Shown one piece after another: positions 1 through 13,635 of a stretch of 64,000 bases of DNA. The notes beneath the pieces are model-generated. The model was not told where the DNA came from and searched no databases. It was given only the letters and a program-made list of their open reading frames with translations. The translations under genes and the position numbers were made by a program. Every line of letters begins with the position of its first letter. The first letter of the stretch is position 1. The stretch spans positions 195,424,001 through 195,488,000 of the forward strand of contig OZ024740.1 of NCBI GenBank assembly GCA_964016885.1. Direction: 5' to 3'. The stretch is from Eledone cirrhosa. Lineage: Eukaryota.

Positions 1-3000
1 TACATCAACATAATATCACACTGTATGTAGTGGCTACCTATTACATCAACATAATATCACACTGTATGTAGTGGCTACCTATTACATCAACATAATATCA
101 CACTGTATGTAGTGGCTACCTATTACATCAACATAATATCACACTGTATGTAGTGGCTACCTATTACATCAACATAATATCACACTGTATGTAGTGGCTA
201 CCTATTACATCAACATAATATCACAATGTATGTAGAGGCTACCTATTACATCAACATAATATCACACTGTATGTAGTGGCTACCTATTACATCAACATAA
301 TATCACACTGTATGTAGAGGCTACCTATTACATCAACATAATATCACACTGTATGTAGTACCTACCTATTACATCAACATAATATCACACTGTATGTAGT
401 GGCTACCTATTACATCAACATAATATCACAATGTATGTAGAGGCTACCTATTACATCAACATAATATCACACTGTATGTAGTGGCTACCTATTACAACAA
501 CACAATATCACACTGCATGTAGTACCTACCTATTACAACATAATATCACACTGTATGCAGTGGCTACCTATTACATCAACATAATATCACACTGTATGTA
601 GTGGCTACCTATTACATCAACATAATATCACACTGTATGTAGAGGCTACCTATTACATCAACATAATATCACACTGTATGTAGTACCTACCTATTACATC
701 AACATAATATCACACTGTATGTAGTGGCTACCTATTACATCAACATAATATCACACTGTATGTAGTGGCTACCTATTACATCAACATAATATCACACTGT
801 ATGTAGTGGCTACCTATTACATCAACATAATATCACACTGTATGTAGTGGCTACCTATTACATCAACATAATATCACACTGTATGTAGTGGCTACCTATT
901 ACAACAACACAATATCACACTGTATGTAGTACCTACCTATTACAACATAATATCACACTGTATGTAGTGGCTACCTATTACATCAACATAATATCACACT
1001 GTATGTAGTGGCTACCTATTACATCAACATAATATCACACTGTATGTAGTGGCTACCTATTACATCAACATAATATCACACTGTATGTAGTGGCTACCTA
1101 TTACATCAACATAATATCACACTGTATGTAGTGGCTACCTATTACATCAACATAATATCACACTGTATGTAGTGGCTACCTATTACATCAACATAATATG
1201 ACACTGTATGTAGTGGCTACCTATTACAACAACATAATATCACACTGTATGTAGTGGCTACCTATTACATCAACATAATATCACACTGTATGTAGTACCT
1301 ACCTATTACATCAACATAATATCACACTGTATGTAGTGGCTACCTATTACATCAACATAATATCACACTGTATGTAGAGGCTACCTATTACATCAACATA
1401 ATATCACACTGTATGTAGTGGCTACCTATTACATCAACATAATATCACACTGTATGTAGTGGCTACCTATTACATCAACATAATATCACACTGTATGTAG
1501 TGGCTACCTATTACATCAACATAATATCACACTGTATGTAGTGGCTACCTATTACAACAACACAATATCACACTGTATGTAGTACCTACCTATTACAACA
1601 TAATATCACACTGTATGTAGTGGCTACCTATTACATCAACATAATATCACACTGTATGTAGTGGCTACCTATTACATCAACATAATATCACACTGTATGT
1701 AGTGGCTACCTATTACATCAACATAATATCACACTGTATGTAGTGGCTACCTATTACATCAACATAATATCACACTGTATGTAGTGGCTACCTATTACAT
1801 CAACATAATATCACACTGTATGTAGTGGCTACCTATTACATCAACATAATATGACACTGTATGTAGTGGCTACCTATTACAACAACATAATATCACACTG
1901 TATGTAGTGGCTACCTATTACATCAACATAATATCACACTGTATGTAGTACCTACCTATTACATCAACATAATATCACACTGTATGTAGTGGCTACCTAT
2001 TACATCAACATAATATCACACTGTATGTAGAGGCTACCTATTACATCAACATAATATCACACTGTATGTAGTACCTACCTATTACATCAACATAATATCA
2101 CACTGTATGTAGTGGCTACCTATTACATCAACATAATATCACACTGTATGTAGTGGCTACCTATTACATCAACATAATATCACACTGTATGTAGTGGCTA
2201 CCTATTACATCAACATAATATCACACTGTATGTAGTGGCTACCTATTACATCAACATAATATGACACTGTATGTAGTGGCTACCTATTACAACAACATAA
2301 TATCACACTGTATGTAGTGGCTACCTATTACATCAACATAATATCACACTGTATGTAGTACCTACCTATTACATCAACATAATATCACACTGTATGTAGT
2401 GGCTACCTATTACATCAACATAATATCACACTGTATGTAGTGGCTACCTATTACATCAACATAATATCACACTGTATGTAGTACCTACCTATTACAACAA
2501 CATAATATCACACTGTATGTAGTACCTACCTATTACAACATAATATCACACTGTATGTAGTGGCTACCTATTACAACATAATATCACACTGTATGTAGTA
2601 CCTACCTATTACAACAACATAATATCACACTGTATGTAGTACCTACCTATTACAACATAATATCACACTGTATGTAGTACCTACCTATTACATCAACATA
2701 ATATCACACTGTATGTAGTACCTACCTATTACAACATAATATCACACTGTATGTAGTACCTACCTATTACATCAACATAATATCACACTGTATGTAGTGG
2801 CTACCTATTACAACAACATAATATCACACTGTATGTAGTGGCTACCTATTACATCAACATAATATCACACTGTATGTAGTGGCTACCTATTACATCAACA
2901 AAATATCACACTGTATGTAGTGGCTACCTATTACAACAACATAATATCACACTGTATGTAGTGGCTACCTATTACATCAACATAATATCACACTGTATGT

Positions 3001-3525
3001 AGTGGCTACCTATTACATCAACATAATATCACACTGTATGTAGTGGCTACCTATTACATCAACATAATATCACACTGTATGTAGTGGCTACCTATTACAT
3101 CAACATAATATCACACTGTATGTAGTACCTACCTATTACATCAACATAATATCACACTGTATGTAGTGGCTACCTATTACATCAACATAATATCACACTG
3201 TATGTAGTGGCTACCTATTACATCAACATAATATCACACTGTATGTAGTGGCTACCTATTACATCAACATAATATCACACTGTATGTAGAGGCTACCTAT
3301 TACATCAACATAATATCACACTGTATGTAGTACCTACCTATTACATCAACATAATATCACACTGTATGTAGAGGCTACCTATTACATCAACATAATATCA
3401 CACTGTATGTAGTGGCTACCTATTACATCAACATAATATCACAATGTATGTAGAGGCTACCTATTACATCAACATAATATCACACTGTATGTAGTGGCTA
3501 CCTATTACATCAACATAATATCACT
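1..3525. repeat. 41-bp tandem minisatellite/satellite (TACATCAACATAATATCACACTGTATGTAGTGGCTACCTAT)n with 38-bp deletion variants
   Basis: Head-to-tail copies with no spacers. Variants GTAGTGGC/GTAGAGGC/GTAGTACC and loss of one TCA/CAA triplet. Runs off the left edge of the window. Confidence 0.97.
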
Positions 3526-4021
3526 AGAGGAGATACTGTTATATGAGAACCAAAGATAGAAATACACAGAGTTTCGATGTTGTAACAGGGGTACATCTGG
3601 CTATATGTATTGTCCCCCTTTTTCATACTGTGACAAAGCATCCAACCCATGCAAGTATGGAAAGCAGATATAAAATGAAACAGACAGATAGATAGATATT
3701 ATAACTGTAGAATGACATCAGTGATTCAATGGCCTAGAACCAAAATGTTTTTAAAATATCACTATATTTTATATGTGGAAAATTCAACTGAGAAAATTTT
3801 GGAAAAGGTATTAAACATATAATCAGATTATTATAAATTATTCATTGAGTACTGCAATAAAATGAACACATAACGATACATGTATATATGTACATGTATA
3901 CATATATACATAAGCTCAGAATGGACATGCATGAGACAGAATATTATTATTTAATAAACACATACATACAAGCAGACATATGTACACAGTGCAACATAAG
4001 TACTTAAAAACACTTTCAAAT

Positions 4022-4105
<84 letters not shown>

Positions 4106-4917
4106 TCAAATATAAGCTGATCCGAATATAAGCCAAGCCCCATATTTTATGCCTGAGAAATGGGCAAAAATCCAAACCACATTTATAAGCTGAGGCAGCT
4201 AATCAACACATGTTTAGATGGCATGGTTTTGAAATTCTCAGGGGCATAAAATATATTTATGAAGTTTTAATATTTTGATGTTTAAAATGCGTTAAGTGTC
4301 ATTTAGAATATAGTTTTTTGTTTCCCAACTCCATTACGTAATGAGTTTCCATGTGTCAAGTTTAGACAAATTTCTCAAGTTTTTGTTTACTTCCAGCCAC
4401 TCACATGCTAGGATTACTTTGAAAGGAGTGAATAAAAGAACTTTATATAAAGATTCATAGAGAAGAAAAGGGAGTGAGAGAGGGGAGAAGTAAGGCAAGA
4501 AAAGAGAGGGCAAGAGCAATAAAATAAAATCAGAAGAATTATATAAGATTGAAAGAAAAAGCATCAGACAAAATCATGTTTGTGTGCACATTTGCATGCG
4601 CACATATTCATGCATGTATATGTAGGCCTGTATCTATGTATTAAAACGTTCAAATTATGAAAATGTGTGCAAAATATTTTCAAGGGATTGTATAAATAAC
4701 ACCAATAATGTAAATGAAGAAAAATAATGTTTTGTTGTAAAATAACTTTAGAGATTTTAGGACCTTATTTATGTTGAATTTGAAGCTGGTAAAAATTGGC
4801 AAAATATTGGCCTCGAATATAAGATGATCTTCCATTTTACCATTGATTTTTTGTCACATTTCTCGGGTTATGTTCCAATACATATATATGTGTGTATATG
4901 TATATGTATATACATAT

Positions 4918-5502
4918 AAGTGCAGGGCGATCAAAATTGATGGTAGTTACGGAGTAGGTAGAACCAGAAAAACCTGGGACGATCTGATAAATTCCGACCT
5001 TACACACTTGCAGCTCTCTAAGACAATTTCACTGGACTGAGATCTTTGGCGCTACGCAGTAATACAGAAGACCCGCTTTGCCTATGTACAAAGCGAAACC
5101 TACAGTCAGTAGACACCTCTTAACCAAATATACACCCCAATTCACTACACCTACCCTATCCGCCCACTCCCACCAACACCACCCCCTCTCTATAAAGTTG
5201 GAACCACAACATCCAGTCCAAATAAATGAGATAAATGATATCGAGATCGTGTAGGTGTCACGAGAAAAAAACACACAGCCCACGCTGTAATGTGGCCGTG
5301 TCGGTAACACGGTAAAACGTTCCCAGTTCCACACTGTAAATGTGTTGGTGTTAGGAAGGGCATCCAGCCGTAGAAAACCTGCCAGATAGTCCTATATGAG
5401 CGAGACACGGTCACCCGACCAAACTTGCCTCAAGTGGGACAACTACCGTCTAACCCATTCCAGCGTGGAAAGTGGGTGTTAAACGAAGATGATGATGATG
5501 AT
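4918..5502 (+). mobile_element. RTE-clade LINE, 5'-truncated 3' fragment ending in a (GAT)n tail
   Basis: Encodes KCRAIKIDGSYGVGRTRKTW, matching the C-terminus of the RTE ORFs in this window. Shares their 3' UTR and GAT tail, and is flanked by TA repeats. Confidence 0.9.
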
Positions 5503-5534
5503 ATATGTAGATATGTACATATATATATATATAT

Positions 5535-6728
5535 ATGGAAGCATGGCCTAGAATCAAAAGGACTTAAAATTAACCTGTCTAAGACTAAAGTTCTAGTTTG
5601 TAGGAAGGAAAATAGGGCACCGGTCCCATCCGGGAAATGGCCATGCTCAGTGTGTAGGAAAGGAGTAGGCAGAAACTCCATTTTATGTCCCAAATGCAAA
5701 GTATGGGTGCATAAAAGATGTAGTGGGATCACAGGTAAGCTAACTAAGAACATAGATTTTACATGTGGCCGGTGCTCTGGTGCAATAAGTAGCAGCAAGT
5801 GCCCACAGAATACTAGCTCATTCCATTGCACAGATGGTTCTATAGAAATAGTGGACACTTTCCGTTACCTGTGTGACAAAATCAGCAGTGGGGGATGGTG
5901 CTCTGAAAGTACAGTAGCTAGAGTCAGAATGGATGGAAAAAGTTTAGAGAGCTTATACCACTATTAGCCGCTAAAGGGTTCTCTCTAAAAATGAAAGGCA
6001 GGCTGTATGATGCCTGCATACGAACAGCAATGTTACATGGCAGTGAGACCTGGGCATTGTGTGCAGAGGATATACGCAGACTGGAGAGGAACGAATCTTG
6101 CATGCTCCGCTGGATGTGTAATAGTAATATACGTGAATGGCAAAGCATAAACGAACTAAGGGAAAAATTAAAAATAAGAGGGATCAGATGTTGTTTACTC
6201 AAGAGAAGACTACGTTGGTACGGTCACGTGAGGCGCATGAAGGATGACAGCTGTATAAAAAAGTGCAGGGCAATAAAAATAGACGGTAGCCACGGAGTAG
6301 GCAGACCCAGAAAAACCTGGGACGACCTGATAAATTCCGACCTCACACACTTACACCTCTCCAAGACAATGTCACTGGACCGAGATCTTTGGCGCTACAC
6401 AGTAATACAGAAAACCCGCCTTACCTAAGTACAAAGTGAAACCTACTACAGTCAGTAGGCACCTCTAACAAAAATACACCCCTGTCCCACTACCCCCACC
6501 TTATCCACACCACCCCTTTCAATGTAAAGTTATGTTGGTACCACAACATCCAGTCCAAAACAAATGAGGTCGTGTAGGTGTCACGACAAAAAAACACATA
6601 GTCCACGCTGTAATGTGGCCATGTAGGTAACACGGTAAAAACCTCCCAGTCCACACTGTAAACGTGGTTGGTGTTACGAAGGGCATCCAGCCGTAGAAAA
6701 CACGCCAGACAGTCCTATGCGAGCAAGA
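5535..6728 (+). mobile_element. RTE-clade LINE fragment (PHD finger plus C-terminus, frameshifted; 3' tail missing)
   Basis: ORFs 5425-5967 and 5991-6428 match the C-terminal part of the 10071-11405 ORF. Both ends abut (TA)n. Confidence 0.92.
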
Positions 6729-6756
6729 TATATATATATATATATGAATATATATA

Positions 6757-6816
<60 letters not shown>

Positions 6817-6830
6817 TATATATATATATA

Positions 6831-7607
6831 TTTCGTTTCTGAATTTGTTTAGCAAGATTCTTTATCTGAAAACGTGTGTTGGAACCGATATTGTTATACT
6901 TTGGGAGGGTCATGTTGCCAATAAGAAACACACGCAGCAGTTGCTTTCACTTCAATTTATTATAATAAATTTATAAATTTAGGAATTTATAAATTTCTGG
7001 TTGGTTGGTTGGTTCCACAACCAGATAGTTGTATATATATTGTCAAAGTTCTTTCGTCACACATTCTGTGACCTCTTCAGTGACTGGGGATTCTTTTCTT
7101 TGTTTTTGTGCCTCTCCTTTGTTCTGTCCTACGCCATCTTGTTTCTGTGTGTGTGTGTTGTGTGCTCAGTCTGCGCATGCGCCACATCCGGGTGTCTGTG
7201 TGTGTTTATATTCGTTTATTTATTTGTTTATTTACATGTTACCGGTTGGTTGTTTGTTCTATGTGCGTGTGTGTTTTCATTTTGTCTTTAATTGTAAGTT
7301 GTGATGTTGCTGTTCCACTCATATTTTCTATTTAATTTTGGTTGTAATTCTTTTATGTTTATTTAATAAACATAAAAGAATTACAACCAAAATTAAAAAT
7401 TAAAATTTAAAAAAAAAATAAAAGTTAAAACAAAATTAAATAGAAAATATGAGTGGAACAGCAACATCACAACTTACAATTAAGGACAAAATGAAAACAC
7501 ACGCACATAGAACAAACAACCAACCGGTAACATGTAAATAAACAAATAAATAAACGAATATAAACACACACAGACACCCGGATGTGGCGCATGCGCAGAC
7601 TGAGCAC
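6831..7607 (-). mobile_element. Penelope-like (Neptune-type) pseudo-LTR fragment with 5' fold-back inversion
   Basis: 6831-7363 is a near-identical copy of 27528-28045. 7365-7607 is the reverse complement of 7162-7363 with a ~45-nt A-rich insert. Confidence 0.85.
7042..7084 (-). ncRNA. Minimal type-I hammerhead ribozyme
   Basis: Minus strand reads GTCA-CTGAAGA-G-GTCACA gaatg TGTGAC-GAAA-GAAC-TT-TGAC: stem I GTCA/TGAC, intact core, 6-bp stem II, minimal stem III. Confidence 0.75.
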
Positions 7608-8684
7608 TTGCACAAAACTTTCCTGTATTACAGCCCCACGTTATACCCTAATGGATAGTACGATCTATACGTGGATATTTTACGTCTTGATGTGGGAGCT
7701 AAGTATATGTTTTGTTTATACCATTACTTATTTGCATAGGTAAGTATATATTACCCGTATGTTTCGTGAAGGTACGTATACCTTCTCGTACGTATATTTG
7801 ATTGTTTATGTTATGCCGTATAAACTTTTTTTATTTTTTTTATTCTGGTACATATGGTTTGGCTATGTGTATACGGGAATTTTGCGTCTGTGTGAGTATG
7901 CAGGTTTGTACGTATGTAGGGTGTGTGTATATGTGTACTTCATGTTTTGGTTGACTTACGTCTCCGAACATTCGTGTATTTACATGTAGGTATGTGTGTG
8001 CACTTGTTATTTACGTATTTATTTTTTTATTTATTTATATACGTTTATATAATTATTTATTTATTTATTTGTATACACGCATACACACACACACATATTT
8101 ATATGTGCGTGGTTTTGCATACCTATGGTAAGTGTTTTGCGTATGCTTGTGTATGTACGTATATGTTTGCGTGTATGTATTTATTTATTTCTATTAATTC
8201 TGTATTGTATTTATTGACTTTGTTCTTAACTCTGTAGCTGAGATTCATTCGGTTTCCTAGTTAGAATTTTAGTCTACGACTTCTGCTATACCATTTACGT
8301 GGTTTTGTCTTTGCGGGCTATTGTTCTCCACGCTCCACATATGACTTATTATCTTCGTTTTTTTCGTTCATTGCCAGAGAACGTCTCTATGCACCACCTA
8401 AGAGAACATTAGTCTACGACCTCTTTTATACCATAAACGTGGTTCTGTCTTTGCGCGTAATTGTTTTTCACCGCTCCTATTAATGACGTATCTTATTCGT
8501 TTTTTCCCGTTCTTTGCCAGCGAACGTTACCACGAATCAAAGTATCGTCTTCCTGTCTTCCTCCGGTTGCAACGTTTTTTGAAATATCCACTTCTGCGTT
8601 TACAGATTGACTTTGTTAGTTTCAGAAGATCCCGTTAAGGGTGAAAGCAGCGATTCTTTGCTTAAACTTTAATCTGTTATTTTA

Positions 8685-8690
<6 letters not shown>
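7608..8690 (+). mobile_element. Probable decayed Penelope-like 3' end/pseudo-LTR
   Basis: Starts with a TLYPNG-like GIY-YIG C-terminal remnant. Followed by TG/TA-rich UTR, a ~140-bp tandem duplication (TTAGTCTACGAC at ~8269 and ~8409), a hammerhead-like motif and AATAAA before (TA)n. Confidence 0.45.
8602..8678 (+). ncRNA. Degenerate type-I hammerhead ribozyme (core CAGAAGA)
   Basis: AGTTT-CAGAAGA-T-CCC gttaa GGG-T-GAAA-GCA...TGC-TT-AAACT. Outer stem ACAGATT/AATCTGT. The U4->A change is probably inactivating. Confidence 0.55.
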
Positions 8691-8719
<29 letters not shown>

Positions 8720-8744
8720 TATATATATATATATATGAATATAC

Positions 8745-11700
8745 TGCCTGGCGCTATAAAAGACACTTTCTATGAGACACTGATGCTCACTACCTCCCAA
8801 ATAACCGACAGTGACTATATTATTATTGCTGGCGACCTAAATGGTCACGTTGGACAACATTGTGACGGCTATGATGGAATCCACGGAGGCTATGGGTTTG
8901 GTACTAGAAATGAGGAAGGCTCCAGAATCCTGGAATTCTGTGACGCAAATAACCTAACAATTTGTAACACTAACTTCAAAAAACGAGACAATCAGTTGAT
9001 CACCTACAGATCAGGGGAACACGCCAGCCAGGTAGATTATATCCTTACCAGAAGACGTGACAGAGTGTCTGTTGTAAACACCAAATCCCTCCCCCATGAA
9101 GAATGCACCTCCCAACATAGACTGATAATTAGCGACCTCATAGTCAGGACGAGACGTACCCGACAGCAGAAGAGGAGGACTATCCTCAGGAGAAAAGTAT
9201 GGAAGCTAAAGGACCCTACAGCCAGAAATAAATTTCAAAGCATATTACATGATGCTTTCGACAGTAAGGAAGAGCATTTAGAGTCGTACAATATAGAGGA
9301 ACAGTGGGAATTCCTGAAAGCAAACCTGCTGATGACGGCAGATGAAGTCTGTGGCCGGAGCAGGCCTATAGGCAGGAGGAGAGTAACATGGTGGTGGAAC
9401 AGTAAGGTGGAGGAGTCGATTAAGGCCAAAAAGCAGGCTTGGAAAGTATGGCGGGATGGGGGAAGTAGAGAAGACTATCAAGAGGCCAGGAGGGAAGCTA
9501 GGAGACAAGTGTACTTCGCAAGAAGGGAAGCAGAGGAAAGAAAGTTCAAGCATGTTCTACAACGCGAGGACCAGAAACGTAAGGTGTTCAGGATTGCTAG
9601 GCAATGTGTCAAGGAAAACCGTGATATTGTCGGGGAGAAGTGTGTACTAAATGATGATGGCGTACTTACCATCACTGACGCTGATAAGAAGGTAGCTTGG
9701 AAGTGTCACTACGAAAGGCTACTAAATGAGGAGAATAAATGGGAGAAGGATAGTCTCCCCCAGATAGATCCAATAAAGGGACCAGCAGTGTTAGTTGAAG
9801 GTAGTAAAATAAGTAAGGCAATCAAAGATATGAAGACGGGTAAGGCGGCTGGGCCTTCGGAAATAGTTGCTGAGATGCTGAAAGCCTCTGGAACGGTGGG
9901 ACACACCATGGTCACCCGGATAGTAAACCAAGTCATACAGAATGGGGTTGTTCCGAAGGACTGGCGTAGCAGCATCATCATTAACTGTTACAAGGGTAAA
10001 GGAGACGCCCTAGATAGGAGTAACTATAGAGACATTAAATTCTCTCAGAGAGAGAATTGATCTAGATGAAATGCAGTTCAGGTTTTTGTCAGGCAAAAGT
10101 ACCACAGACGCTCTTTTCATTGTACGACAACTACAGGAGAAGTACCTAGCTAAAAGTAAACCCCTATACTTAGCCTTTGTCGATTTGGAGAAAGCGTTCG
10201 ACAGAGTCCCCCGTTCCATTATCTGGTGGGCTCTTAGAAAACTAGGTGTTGATGAATGGCTTGCGAGAGCTATACAAGCCATGTTTAAAGAAACAGTCAG
10301 CAAGGTTAGAATTAACAACGAATATAGTGAAGAGTTTAGCATAAAAGTTGGTGTTCATCAGGGCTCTGTTCTTAGCCCCCTACTATTTATTATTGCCCTA
10401 CAGGCTATAACAGTGGAGTTCAAGACCGGCTGCCCATGGGAACTCCTATACGCAGACGACCTGACACTCATAGCTGAATCAATGGCCGAGCTAGAGAAGA
10501 AATTCCAAACATGGAAGCACGGCCTAGAATCAAAAGGACTTAAAATTAACCTGGCTAAGACTAAAGTTCTAGTTTGTAGGAAAGAAAATAAGGCGGCGGT
10601 CCCTTTTGGGAAATGGTCATGCTCAGTGTGTAGGAAAGGCGTAGGTAGAAACTCCATTTTATGTCCTAAATGCAAAGTATGGGTGCATAAAAGATGTAGT
10701 GGGATCACAGGTAAGCTAACTAAGAACATAGATTTTACATGTGGCCGGTGCTCTGGTGCAATAAGTAGCAGCAAGTGCCCACAAAATACTAGCTCTTTCA
10801 ATTGCGCAGAGGGTTCTATAGAAATAGTGGACAGCTTCCGTTACCTGGGCGATAAAATCAGCAGTGGGGGAGGGTGCTCTGAAAGTACAGTAGCTAGAGT
10901 CAGAACAGGTTGGAAAAAGTTCAGAGAGCTTATACCACTATTAGCCGCTAAAGGGTTCTCACTAAAAATGAAAGGCAGGTTGTACGATGCCTGCATACGA
11001 ACAGCAATGTTGCATGGCAGTGAGACCTGGGCATTGTGTGCAGAGGATATACGCAGACTAGAGAGGAACAAAGCTTGCATGCTCCGCTGGATGTGTAACA
11101 GTAATATACGTGAACGGCAAAGCATAAACGAACTAAGGAAAAAATTAGAAATAAGAGGGATCAGATGTTGTTTACTCGAGAGAAGGCTACGTTGGTATGG
11201 ACACGTGATGTGCATGAAAGTTGATAGCTGTATAACAAAGTGCAGGGCAATAAAGATAGACGGTAGCCACGGAATAGGCAGACCTAGAAAAACCTGGGAC
11301 GAGCTGATAAACTCCGACCTCACACACTTACACCTCTCCAAGACAATGTCACTGGACCGAGACCTTTGGCGGTACTCAGTAACAGAGAAGACCCGCCTTA
11401 CCTAAATACATAGTAAAACCTACTACAGCGAGTAGGCATCTCTAACAAAATACACCCCGTCCCACCAACCCCACCCCATCCACACCACCCCGTTCTATGT
11501 AAAGTTATGTTGGTGCCGCGCCATCCAGGCCGAAACAAATGAGATCGTGTAGGTGTCACGACAAAAAAACACACAGTCCACGCTGTAATGTGGCCGTGTA
11601 GGCAATACGGTAAAAACCTCCCAGACCCACACTGTAAATGTGGTTGGTGTTAGGAAGGGCATCCAACTGTAGAAAACCTGCCAGACAGTCCTATGCGAGC

Positions 11701-11804
11701 AAGACAATCACTCTTGCCTCAAGTGGGACTACCCCCGTCCAAACCCATGCAAGCGTGGAACACGGACGTTAAACGTTGATGATGATGATGATGATGATGA
11801 TGAT
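8745..11804 (+). mobile_element. RTE-clade LINE, 5'-truncated, with ~44-nt frameshifting deletion in RT
   Basis: ORF 8735-10060 carries APE motifs GDLNGH, VDYIL and SQHRL. ORF 10071-11405 carries RT motifs FVDLEKAFD, GVHQGSVLSPLLF and YADD plus a PHD finger. Segment LMDQVMKVTERVIAQ of the intact copy is missing near 10040. (GAT)n tail. Confidence 0.95.
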
Positions 11805-11824
11805 ATATATATATATATATTCAT

Positions 11825-12424
11825 ATCATCATCAACGTTTAATGTCCGTGTTCCACGCTTGCATGGGTTTGGACGGGGGTAGTCCCACTTGAGGCAAGAG
11901 TGATTGTCTTGCTCGCATAGGACTGTCTGGCAGGTTTTCTACAGTTGGATGCCCTTCCTAACACCAACCACATTTACAGTGTGATGTCTGGGAGGTTTTT
12001 ACCGTGTTGCCTACACGGCCACATTACAGCGTGGACTGTGTGTTTTTTTTTTACGTGACACCTACACGATCTCATTTGTTTCGGCCTGGATGGCGCGGCA
12101 CCAACATAACTTTACATAGAACGGGGTGGTGTGGAAGGGGTGGGGGTGGGGGTGGTGGGACGGGGTGTATTTTGTTAGAGATGCCTACTGGCTGGAGTAG
12201 GTTTTACTATATATTTAGGTAAGGCGGGTCTTCTCTGTTACTGAGTACCGCCAAAGGTCTCGGTCCAGTGACATTGTCTTGGAGAGGTGTAAGTGTGTGA
12301 TGTCGGAGTTTATCAGCTCGTCCCAGGTTTTTCTAGGTCTGCCTATTCCGTGACTACCGTCTATCTTTATTGCCCTGCACTTTGTTATACAGCTATCGAC
12401 TTTCATGCGCATCACGTGTCCATA
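11825..12424 (-). mobile_element. RTE-clade LINE 3' fragment, tail-to-tail with the preceding copy
   Basis: Reverse complement of ~11196-11790. ORF 12215-12415 encodes the same C-terminus. Begins with (ATC)n. Confidence 0.93.
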
Positions 12425-12705
12425 TATATATATTCATATATATATATATATATATATATATTCATATATATATATATATTCAACAATTAAGTTAAAAGTG
12501 TACATCCACATATGTATACTGAAATACTAGTATGCATATAAATACACACACGTATACATATGTACATGTACCGAGTTTTTCACTGGACACTTTACTGTGA
12601 GTGTCCAGCTAGTCTGTATGTAACCAAACAGACAAACCGGTTTTTAGAGTCATACGGGTTTTCAAGGAAACACCTTTCCTCTATTCTCCAGAGAGCCAGA
12701 CAGGA

Positions 12706-12748
12706 ATATTGGACTAGTTTCGATGTTATTACATCTCATCAGCAATAT
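12706..12748 (-). ncRNA. Minimal type-I hammerhead ribozyme (GUC site)
   Basis: Reverse complement of the 13300-13342 motif, identical sequence. Confidence 0.92.
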
Positions 12749-13299
12749 ATACCCGTCTTCCGGCTTCTCGAGAGAATTGTAAAAGCATATATCGTTATAT
12801 GCTTTTTCTATGAAAATTAGTAGTGGGCAGACTAATTTGCATAGAACGTGAGTACGCACCGGTTCAGCGGAAACGATAAAAACGATAAAAACAAGAGAAT
12901 AGAGGAAAGGTGTTTCCTTGAAAACCCGTATGACTCTAAAAACCGGTTTGTCTGTTTGGTTACATACAGACTAGCTGGACACTCACAGTAAAGTGTCCAG
13001 TGAAAAACTCGGTACATGTACATATGTATACGTGTGTGTATTTATATGCATACTAGTATTTCAGTATACATATGTGGATGTACACTTTTAACTTAATTGT
13101 TTAAGCGTCAGTCATACAAAAGTGAGTTACAAACGAAACGAAATTTAATTTCGTTTCGTTATTTGTTTTTATCGTTTCCGCTGAACCGGTGCGTACTCAC
13201 GTTCTATGCAAATTAGTCTGCCCACTACTAATTTTCATAGAAAAAGCATATAACGATATATGCTTTTACGATTCTCTAGAGAAGCCGGAAGATGGGTAT

Positions 13300-13342
13300 A
13301 TATTGCTGATGAGATGTAATAACATCGAAACTAGTCCAATAT
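13300..13342 (+). ncRNA. Minimal type-I hammerhead ribozyme (GUC site)
   Basis: ATATTG-CTGATGA-GATGT aata ACATC-GAAA-CTAG-TC-CAATAT: perfect core, G-C closing pair, palindromic stem III ACTAGT. Predicted cleavage after C13336. Confidence 0.93.
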
Positions 13343-13635
13343 TCCTGTCTGGCTCTCTGGAGAATAGAGGAAAGGTGTTTCCTTGAAAACCCGTATGACT
13401 CTAAAAACCGGTTTGTCTGTTTGGTTACATACAGACTAGCTGGACACTCACAGTAAAGTGTCCATGAAAAACTCGATACATGTACATATGTATACGTGTG
13501 TGTATTTATATGCATACTAGTATTTCAGTATACATATGTGGATGTACACTTTTAACTTAATTGTTTCAGCGTCAGTCATACAAAAGTGAGTTACAAACGA
13601 AACAAAATTTAATTTCGTTTCGTTATTTGTTTTTA

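Larger units (their letters stand above)
12483..13635. mobile_element. Non-coding hammerhead-bearing ~465-nt unit (retrozyme-like): 1.6 tandem copies on + (12895-13635) and an inverted partial copy on - (12483-12894)
   Basis: GAGAATAGAGGAAAGG recurs at 12895 and 13360, and GCGTCAGTCATAC at 13105 and 13569 (period 464-465). One canonical hammerhead per unit, many hairpins, no credible ORF. Confidence 0.8.

Noticed and set aside
1-3525. CRISPR-like array
   Set aside because: Repeats are contiguous with no unique spacers, there are no cas genes, and the context is eukaryotic.
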